This document shows positions 54,977 through 61,651 of a stretch of DNA of 64,000 bases, one piece after another. Under the pieces are notes generated by a model that had not been told where the DNA came from, did not search any database, and saw only the letters and a program-made list of their open reading frames with translations. Numbering within the stretch: position 1 is the stretch's first letter; every line of letters starts with the position of its first letter. The position numbers and the translations under genes were made by a program. The DNA comes from an uncultured Eubacteriales bacterium (GTDB lineage: Bacteria > Actinomycetota > Coriobacteriia > Anaerosomatales > JAAXUF01): contig CAZXWK010000006.1 in assembly GCA_964644675.1 (NCBI GenBank), positions 16,341-80,340 of the forward strand, in the 5' to 3' direction.

Positions 54977-55049
54977 GGGTAGCTATCATTATCTGAGATG
55001 ATTTGCCGATGCCGAGTGCGCGTGCCCGCACGATGACAGAGGGTTCCCG

Positions 55050-55328
55050 GTGACGTATCAGCCGAGCGAGATTGCCGATCTCATACTGCTTATAGCGCTC
55101 ACGCCGATCATCATCGGCACCGTGCGGCGCGTACACGCGCCGTGGACCGTTGCGGCGTACGTGGCGTACGGCTTCATGGCTGCGGCGTACACCTTCACCA
55201 TCCTCGAAGGGTTCATCGCTGCCGACCTCTTCAATCTCCTCGAGCACTTGTCGTATCTCGGTGCAGGCGTGGCTTTTGCGGCTCTTGCCATCATGGCCAG
55301 CACGGTGATGACGGGAGGTCGGAGATAG
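55050..55328 (+). CDS. Small 3-TM membrane protein
   Basis: Three hydrophobic segments, FTILEG...LFNLLEH; stop overlaps the next start. Confidence 0.7.
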   Translation: MTYQPSEIADLILLIALTPIIIGTVRRVHAPWTVAAYVAYGFMAAAYTFTILEGFIAADLFNLLEHLSYLGAGVAFAALAIMASTVMTGGRR

Positions 55329-55999
55329 TGAACGCGGTCGCCTTCGCCGACGTCCTCTCCACGCTCGCGTTCCTCGTGGCCGCCGTGCTCGTTGCCGTGC
55401 TGCCGTACGACGAGATCCTGACCAAGCCCGCTCGCGCGATCCTGGTCGCCGCCATGTTGCTCTACGTGTTCGTCGGCATTTCGAACGTACTCGAGCACGC
55501 GGGCATCACCGCGAAGTACGACTACTACGAGGACTTCGCCGAGATTCTCTTCATCCCGGCGCTCGCCTACGTCGCTAACTCGGTCTATCTCACTTCTGAG
55601 CTGCGGAAGAGCAATCTGGCCGCCCGCGCGCAGATGCGCCAGAACGACCTGCTGCTCAACATCGTGGACACCGTTCCCGGCGGCATCGTCCTGGTCGATC
55701 CGACCGGCGGAGTGACCTTCGCCAACGAAGGCGCGGAGCGCGTCCTCGGTCTCGCGTCGGACGAAGGCGGATCGCTGCGCATCACGCCTCCGTGGCGGCT
55801 CTCCGACCCCCTGACCGGTGAAGAGGTCACGTTCGCGGAGCTCGCGTCCGGGGGCGAGCTGGTGCGAAGGCCGCTCAGGGCGACCTGGCCGGATGGCCAG
55901 GTGACGGAGCTCACCTTGAGCGTCACGCCTATGGCCAGCGGGGTCGCTGACATCGGCGGCAGTGTCATCGCGTTCGAGGACACCACGCCCCGCAGCTGA
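55328..55999 (+). CDS. Membrane-anchored PAS-domain protein lacking an output domain
   Basis: 3 TM (SNVLEHAG), then LLNIVDTVPGGIVLVDPTGGVTFANEGAERVLG PAS fold; stop right after FEDTT. Confidence 0.8.
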   Translation: MNAVAFADVLSTLAFLVAAVLVAVLPYDEILTKPARAILVAAMLLYVFVGISNVLEHAGITAKYDYYEDFAEILFIPALAYVANSVYLTSELRKSNLAARAQMRQNDLLLNIVDTVPGGIVLVDPTGGVTFANEGAERVLGLASDEGGSLRITPPWRLSDPLTGEEVTFAELASGGELVRRPLRATWPDGQVTELTLSVTPMASGVADIGGSVIAFEDTTPRS

Positions 56000-56068
56000 C
56001 GCTCGCGCACCGGATTCTCAGCATCGGCCAAGCCCCCGGTTCCTCTCGAAGTACTGGCAAGATGTGGG

Positions 56069-56096
56069 TTGCTATGCAATCCGGGTTTGGTATCAT
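56069..56096 (+). promoter_or_regulatory. Sigma70-type promoter
   Basis: TTGCTA-N16-TATCAT with TG extension. Confidence 0.6.
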
Positions 56097-56147
56097 GCAG
56101 TCTCGTACTGTCAGTCGAGTTCGCGCGACCGGAAGGAGGGATGAGAC

Positions 56148-56249
56148 ATGAAGCATACGGTTCAGCTTGGCGCCTTGCGCGTCACCCAGAGCGGCGGGCT
56201 GCCGATGTCCGCTCGTCTCGTCCGTATTCCGGTGCGCCGCGCCGCCTGA
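56148..56249 (+). CDS. Unannotated 33-aa ORF MKHTVQLGALRVTQSGGLPMSARLVRIPVRRAA (candidate leader)
   Basis: GGAAGGAGGG RBS at canonical spacing, first ORF after the promoter. Confidence 0.55.
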   Translation: MKHTVQLGALRVTQSGGLPMSARLVRIPVRRAA

Positions 56250-56261
56250 CCTTCTCACGCG

Positions 56262-56293
56262 TCGCGGGCACCCCGTTGGGGAGGAACCCGCGA
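56262..56293 (+). promoter_or_regulatory. Hairpin occluding the RBS and start of the next ORF
   Basis: TCGCGGG/CCCGCGA outer stem plus CCCC-GTT-GGGG inner stem cover GGGGAGGA and the A of ATG 56293. Confidence 0.55.
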
Positions 56294-56538
56294 TGTTCGA
56301 TCAACACACCTCGGCGCTCACGCGCCCCCGGCACGTGTTCGACGTGCCCGCGATCGCCGTCTGGACGCTCGCGATGACCGGCGCGGCGACCCTTCGTCTC
56401 GCGCACGCGCTCGACCGCGCGTCCGCTCGCCGCACGCACGTCTCGGCTTCGAGCTCCGAGCGGCCCCGTGCAAGGATCGGCCCTTCTGGGGAGGTACTTG
56501 CCAAGCACTTCGTGCCGGACTCGTTCCGGATCCGCTGA
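56293..56538 (+). CDS. Hypothetical 81-aa protein with a hydrophobic segment
   Basis: GGGGAGGA RBS; VPAIAVWTLAMTGAATLRLAHAL; followed by a strong hairpin. Confidence 0.55.
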   Translation: MFDQHTSALTRPRHVFDVPAIAVWTLAMTGAATLRLAHALDRASARRTHVSASSSERPRARIGPSGEVLAKHFVPDSFRIR

Positions 56539-56543
56539 CACGG

Positions 56544-56577
56544 ACCGGGGGATGGCGGTGAACCGCCGTCCCCCGGT
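56544..56577 (+). terminator. 15-bp hairpin (terminator without U tract, or mRNA-stabilising stem)
   Basis: ACCGGGGGATGGCGG-TGAA-CCGCCGTCCCCCGGT (one G-U). Confidence 0.6.
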
Positions 56578-56596
56578 GCCGATAGGGGGCAGCTCG

Positions 56597-57121
56597 ATGC
56601 ACCTGCGCACCGCCCGTCCGGAGGATCTCGCCCAGGTCCAGCGCATCGACCGCGCGGCGTTCGAGACCGGAGCAGAGGCCGACCTCGTCGCGGAGCTCGT
56701 CGACGACGAGGCCTACATCCCCGAGTTCTCGCTCGTGGCGCTGGACGGCGACACGATCGTCGGTCATGCGCTGGCGACGCGGCTCTGGGTGCAGTCCGAG
56801 AACGGATCGGTCCACCCGCTGCTCGCGCTGGGGCCGGTCGCCGTCGAACCAGGTTCGCAGGACCAGGGCCTCGGCAGGCTGATGGTGCTCGATTGCGCCC
56901 GACGCGCGCGTGCGGCGGGCGAGCGCGGAATCGTGGTGCTCGGCTATCCCGGCTACTACTCGCGCCTCGGCTTCGTGCCGGCGGGGCCGCTGGGCATCGA
57001 CCCACCCGAGGGATGGGACGTCCCGGGCGAGGCGTGGATGGCGCTCGAGCTGCGTCCCGGATCGCTCGAGGGCGTGAGCGGGACCGCGGAGTTCGCCCGC
57101 CCCTTCGACGCGGTCGTGTAG
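56597..57121 (+). CDS. GNAT N-acetyltransferase (YhbS-like)
   Basis: LRTARPED, LALGPVAVEPGSQDQGLG, VVLGYPGYYSRLGF. Confidence 0.9.
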   Translation: MHLRTARPEDLAQVQRIDRAAFETGAEADLVAELVDDEAYIPEFSLVALDGDTIVGHALATRLWVQSENGSVHPLLALGPVAVEPGSQDQGLGRLMVLDCARRARAAGERGIVVLGYPGYYSRLGFVPAGPLGIDPPEGWDVPGEAWMALELRPGSLEGVSGTAEFARPFDAVV

Positions 57122-57190
57122 CGGCTTCCGCTTCGCAGCGATGCCGCAAGGCGGCCGTCCGTCGCGCGCGAGGCCGATCCGGAGTCGGCG

Positions 57191-58102
57191 CTAGCTCGCT
57201 TCCGCGGCCTCCCTGAGGGCGTCGACCACCGCCGAGATCCCCGGCGCCGTGCCCGACCCGCTCCGCACCGCCGAGAAGATCGTGCGCTCCAGCCGCGGTT
57301 CCTCCAGGGCGCGAAGCGAGAGCCCGCGAATGCCGCGCAGGTCGGCCACGCGCGGGATGAGTGCGGCGCCCAGCCCGTTTCGGACCGCTTCGGCGATCAC
57401 GCGGAACTCGTTGCTCTGGAACTCGATGATCGGTTCGAAGCCTGCGAGGTGCGCGGCGCGCACCACCGCATCGCGGCAGAACGTTGCCTCTCGGCCGACG
57501 ATCCATCGCTCGCGGGCGAAGTCGGCGAGGCGCGCGGGCGCATCGGCGAGGGGGTGGGTCGCGGGCAGCGCGAGCAGCATGCGCTCGGTGAGCAGGTCGG
57601 TTCGCTCGATGCCCGGGTCCGAGTAGGGGGGCAGCAGGTTGTACTCGTGGCTGATCACGACGTCGAGCTGTCCCGACTTGAGCGCGGGCATGGCCTCGTG
57701 GGGCTCGAGGTCCGTCGCCAGCACGGTGAGCGACGGGTGCGAGCGTCTGAGTCGCGCGAGTGCGGGCACCAGGAACGCCTGGGCGGCGGTGGGGAACGCC
57801 GAGACGCGCACGGTGCCCGTCACGGTGCCGCCGATCGACTCGAGGTCGGCGACGGCGGCCTCGCACTCGGCGAGGATGCGCTCGGCGCGGGCGACCAAGA
57901 GCCTGCCGGCGTCGGTGAGCTCGACGCTGCGTGGGGTGCGCTCGAGCAGCGCCACGCCGACCTCGCGCTCGAGGGCGGCCATCTGTTGCGAGACTGCAGA
58001 CGGAGTGAGCCAGAGCGCCTCGGCGGCAGCACTGATCGAGCCGCGCTCGGCGATCTCGCGGAGGACGCGGAGGCGGCTGGTGTTCAGCGGTTGATTGAGC
58101 AT
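57191..58102 (-). CDS. LysR family transcriptional regulator, probably leaderless
   Basis: AAAEALWLTPSAVSQQMAALE...LTDAG; minus-strand TAAGGT lies 6 nt before ATG. Confidence 0.95.
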   Translation of the reverse strand: MLNQPLNTSRLRVLREIAERGSISAAAEALWLTPSAVSQQMAALEREVGVALLERTPRSVELTDAGRLLVARAERILAECEAAVADLESIGGTVTGTVRVSAFPTAAQAFLVPALARLRRSHPSLTVLATDLEPHEAMPALKSGQLDVVISHEYNLLPPYSDPGIERTDLLTERMLLALPATHPLADAPARLADFARERWIVGREATFCRDAVVRAAHLAGFEPIIEFQSNEFRVIAEAVRNGLGAALIPRVADLRGIRGLSLRALEEPRLERTIFSAVRSGSGTAPGISAVVDALREAAEAS

Positions 58103-58111
58103 AAGGTGACC

Positions 58112-58136
58112 TTACGCTCAACGACACAAAGCGTAA
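58112..58136. promoter_or_regulatory. Inverted repeat in the LysR/EamA intergenic region
   Basis: TTACGCT-N11-AGCGTAA, perfect 7-bp arms. Confidence 0.55.
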
Positions 58137-58164
58137 ATAGACCTGACGCTAGCTCTGGCGCACC

Positions 58165-59160
58165 ATGGGTCACATGAAGCATCTCTCGGCAACAGAGCGT
58201 CTCAAGGCACTCGCGGCCCTCGTCTCGGCGGTGGTGCTGTGGGCATCGGCGTTCATCGCGATTCGCGCGGTGGTGGCGAGCGGCGCCTATACTCCCGCGC
58301 AGCTCTCGGCGGCGCGGATCGGGCTCGCGGCGGTGCTGCTGGGCGCGCTCGCGCTCACGCGTGGCGGGGTGCGGTTGCCGCAGGGGCGAGACTGGCTGGT
58401 CTTCATTGCGCTCGGCGTCATGGGGCAGGCCGCATACCACCTCCTGCTCAACACCGGCGAGCAGAGCGTGGACGGCGGCACGGCGGCGCTGCTGGTCTCG
58501 TGCGCGCCCATTCTCGCGTCCCTGCTTGCGGTCGCGTTCCTGGGCGAGCGCATGACTCCTGTCGGGTGGTTCGGAACCGTACTCGCGTTCGGGGGTGCGG
58601 CGACCATCGCCATCTCGGCGGGCGCCTCGCTGCGCGGAGGAGCCGGGGTGCTGATGGTGGTCGCGGCCACGTGCCTGTGGGCGGGGTTCCTCGTGCTGCA
58701 GAAGACCGTCGCCGGCCGCTACGAGCCGCTCGAGCTGACCGCCTGGCCCATGTGGATCGGTGCGCTCGCGCTGCTCCCGTTCGCGCTGTCGCTCCCGCGC
58801 GCCGTCGCGACCGCGCCGTCCTCGGCGACCGCGGCGGTGGTCTGGCTCGCGGCCGGATCGTCGGTCGCAGGCTTCCTGGTCTGGGCGTACGCGATCAAGC
58901 GGCTCGAAGTCGTCGTCGCCACCTCGGCGCTGTACTGCGTGCCGGTCGCCGCGTTCGTGATGGGCGTGCTGTTACTGGGTGAGATGCCGCCTCCGTCCGC
59001 TCTCGCGGGAGGCGTGGTGGCGATCGCGGGTGTCGCGCTGGTGCAGCTCAAGGGCCGCCCTGCGGCGTCAGCGGACGACACCGCTTTCGCCGAGGATTCC
59101 GCCGAAGATGTTTCGGGGCGGCAGACCGGCGTGGCGGATACTGCTCCGGCCGACGCGTAG
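58165..59160 (+). CDS. EamA/DMT family transporter
   Basis: LWASAF, SAARIG, GTAALLVSCAPI, second repeat with ALYCVPV; about 10 TM; divergent from LysR. Confidence 0.92.
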   Translation: MGHMKHLSATERLKALAALVSAVVLWASAFIAIRAVVASGAYTPAQLSAARIGLAAVLLGALALTRGGVRLPQGRDWLVFIALGVMGQAAYHLLLNTGEQSVDGGTAALLVSCAPILASLLAVAFLGERMTPVGWFGTVLAFGGAATIAISAGASLRGGAGVLMVVAATCLWAGFLVLQKTVAGRYEPLELTAWPMWIGALALLPFALSLPRAVATAPSSATAAVVWLAAGSSVAGFLVWAYAIKRLEVVVATSALYCVPVAAFVMGVLLLGEMPPPSALAGGVVAIAGVALVQLKGRPAASADDTAFAEDSAEDVSGRQTGVADTAPADA

Positions 59161-59195
59161 CGGCTCGTCGCACTGCTCGGCAGTTCTTTCGCGGT

Positions 59196-59211
59196 TTTGA
59201 CCTCGGTCAAA
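59196..59211. promoter_or_regulatory. FNR/CRP-family-like palindrome TTGAC-N4-GTCAA
   Basis: TTTGACC-TC-GGTCAAA, perfect; centred 41.5 nt upstream of the start predicted from CATTCT (59233-59238). Confidence 0.6.
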
Positions 59212-59270
59212 GAACCGGCTTCGCGCGCGCGGCATTCTCAGGGTGCAGTCACCGTTGCAGGAGGCCCCGA

Positions 59271-60002
59271 ATGTCGCACCAGATCGCAGTGGATCCCCAG
59301 AGCGCCGGTTCCGCGCGCAAGACCATCGACCCCGCGCGCGCCGAGGCGAGCCGCGCAGACACGGCGCAGGCCGGTGTCGAATCCGCGCAGGCCGCCCAGC
59401 CTCGCTTCTTCGACACCTACGCGCTGGTCTACGGGTTCAGCCTGACGTTTCTGGTCCCCGGCCTGCTCTACATGAGCACGCTGCCGTTCCGCACCTACAC
59501 GTTCCAGTACGTGGGCGCGTTCGGCTTCCCGATCCTGCTGGGGTTGGCGGCGACGTTCTTCACCGATAGCGCCGACGGCCTCAAGACCAAGCTGATCAGG
59601 TCGGCGATCCTGGTGCCGCTCGCGGTGGTCACGGGCGTGACCGTCCTGTTCGTGGGATCGCTCACCGCGGTCCCGGTCAGCCCCTACCTCAATCCCGAGA
59701 ACTACGGCACGACGACGCCGTTCGTCGTGGCCCTGCTCGCGCTCCTCGCATCGCCGCTCGTGTTCGCGGTCGTGAAGCGCGTGCGCACACGCCTGACGTG
59801 GCGGTCACTGGTGCAGCTGGCCGCGCTGCTTGTCGGTCTTGCCGTCGCTGCCGGCGTGGCGTATCTGATGCTGCGGGGGCCGGGCGAGCTCAAGGCGCTG
59901 GCGCGCAAGGACATCACGATCTACGTGACGGGCGCCGTGATGTGGTACCTGCCGTCGTTCGGGATAGCCGCGGGCGCGTGGCGGGCGGTCGATCTGGTCT
60001 AG
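59271..60002 (+). CDS. Hypothetical multi-pass membrane protein
   Basis: GGAGG RBS, about six TM segments, no recognised family motif. Confidence 0.75.
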   Translation: MSHQIAVDPQSAGSARKTIDPARAEASRADTAQAGVESAQAAQPRFFDTYALVYGFSLTFLVPGLLYMSTLPFRTYTFQYVGAFGFPILLGLAATFFTDSADGLKTKLIRSAILVPLAVVTGVTVLFVGSLTAVPVSPYLNPENYGTTTPFVVALLALLASPLVFAVVKRVRTRLTWRSLVQLAALLVGLAVAAGVAYLMLRGPGELKALARKDITIYVTGAVMWYLPSFGIAAGAWRAVDLV

Positions 60003-60029
60003 GACCGTCCGGCCGTCGGCCCGGTCCGC

Positions 60030-60356
60030 CTAGCGGATCGAGTCGTACGCCGAGCGCATGCGGGTGAGGACCTCCTGGAGATCCGCATCGGTGCGCAGCG
60101 GCAGCACCGGCCACGCGCGCATCTGCATCCGCACGTTGTAGACGAACGGCTTGGCCCGGTTGGAGGCGTAGAGCGTCTCGGCCTCCTGCGATGTCGCCGC
60201 CTTGAACGCCGCTTCGCCCTTGTCGGGGAAGAACGCGAACATCCCGTTGCCCCGTACGAATCCCGGGTGTCCGAACACCTCTTTGCGCTTCACGCCGGGC
60301 CAGGAGAGGACGATCTCTTCGACGTTGGACTTCAGCTCGTCGAGCTTGTCGGCCAT
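60030..60356 (-). CDS. TfoX/YjbR(MmcQ)-like small protein
   Basis: WPGVKRKEVFGHPGF...MFAFF; GAGGAGG RBS. Confidence 0.65.
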   Translation of the reverse strand: MADKLDELKSNVEEIVLSWPGVKRKEVFGHPGFVRGNGMFAFFPDKGEAAFKAATSQEAETLYASNRAKPFVYNVRMQMRAWPVLPLRTDADLQEVLTRMRSAYDSIR

Positions 60357-60443
60357 TCCGATTCCTCCTCGCGATATCCCTCCACCAGCATTACCCTACC
60401 ACCACATCGGCGTGGTTCGCCGCTTACCACATGGTGATTCGGG

Positions 60444-60845
60444 TCAGAAGCGAAGGAGTGTCTCGGCGAGGATGAGTCCGCACGACGCGAGCACCGCGCC
60501 GGTGACGAGCGATCGCCCCACGAGCTCGGAGGGGTTCAGCGTCGCCGAGCGGCCCGCCTCGAGCGCGGCGAAGCGCTCCGGCGCGGTGACCACCAGGTGG
60601 AAGAACGAGCCGAGCCCACCGCCCAGCACGAACGGCGGCAGGGCGAACAGCGGGGTGGAGAGCAGGAGCGCGCGCAGCAGGTCTTGCACGCCGCCCGCCG
60701 TCGCCCCCGGGAGTCCCAGCCGTACCGCGACCGCGACCGCCGGCACCGGTACGAGCGCGAGCACCACGAGCGCGAGCGCGAGCCACGCCATGCCCGAGGC
60801 GCGGTGCGTAGCCGAGTTCACGATGTGGGCGCTTGCTCCGGTCAC
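60444..60845 (-). CDS. Hypothetical membrane protein
   Basis: AGGAGGAGG before GTG; three hydrophobic segments. Confidence 0.6.
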   Translation of the reverse strand: MTGASAHIVNSATHRASGMAWLALALVVLALVPVPAVAVAVRLGLPGATAGGVQDLLRALLLSTPLFALPPFVLGGGLGSFFHLVVTAPERFAALEAGRSATLNPSELVGRSLVTGAVLASCGLILAETLLRF

Positions 60846-60982
60846 GTTCCTCCTCCTGGTCGGGCGCGGTCAGCGCGTGCGGTCGTCCGCGAAGCGCACG
60901 CTCGCCGCGCAGGTGCATTTCGACGCAGGAGCCGCGTGCCCTTCCGAACTCGAGCGTCGCGGTCGAGCCGCGGCGCGACCCG

Positions 60983-61528
60983 TCAGCGGCCGTCGAGCGC
61001 CCGCTCGAGCCGAGCGAGGAACTCGACCTGACCGCGCATGATCATCGTCCGGGCGCGCGGCAGGTCGAACCACGCCGCGCGGTCGATCTCGGGATGCTGT
61101 TCGAAGCGCCCGGAGCGGGGCGGCCACTCCAGGTCGAAGAGGTTGCTCTCGACCGCGGTCGCGTCGGCGTCGCCCTCGCACGCGAACGCGTAGACGAGCT
61201 TGCCGCTGGGCTGGCGTACCGTGCCGAGGTCGAGCAGCTCGGAGCCGCAGCTCCCGTCGAGCTCGAGCCCGGTCTCCTCCTCGAACTCCCGGCGAGCAGC
61301 GTCCAGGGGCTTCTCGGCGGCGAAGTCGAACTCACCCTTGAAGATCGTCCAGCTGCCCTCGTCCTTGTGCGCCCAGTACGGCCCGCCGGGATGGCCGAGC
61401 AGAACCTCGACCGTGTTATCACGGCGGCGGTAGAGGAGGATGCCTGCGCTCTGGCGGTAGCGCTTGGGAGTGTCGGGGCGCTCGGTCACGGGGCTCCTGG
61501 CGGGCGGGTAGGGGACGGTGGCCTGCAC
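60983..61528 (-). CDS. NUDIX hydrolase (COG4119-like)
   Basis: SAGILLYR, HPGGPYW, KGE...AARREFEEETG Nudix box, EWPPRSG, PEIDRAAWF. Start may be 61489. Confidence 0.92.
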   Translation of the reverse strand: MQATVPYPPARSPVTERPDTPKRYRQSAGILLYRRRDNTVEVLLGHPGGPYWAHKDEGSWTIFKGEFDFAAEKPLDAARREFEEETGLELDGSCGSELLDLGTVRQPSGKLVYAFACEGDADATAVESNLFDLEWPPRSGRFEQHPEIDRAAWFDLPRARTMIMRGQVEFLARLERALDGR

Positions 61529-61651
61529 TGTGTGTTCCCGCGGACGGCCCGCGCGCCTCGGCGGCGATCTGCTGGCGACCGCTACGGCCCGGCGCGCGAG
61601 GCTCTGCTACGCTCGGCTGGTACCTGACGCCGGACGCCGCGGAGGCCCGCC

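Noticed and set aside
54984-55002. Fur box (TATCATTATC; ATCAT-N8-ATGAT)
   Set aside because: Only half of the Fur consensus matches, and TATCAT is adequately explained as a -10.
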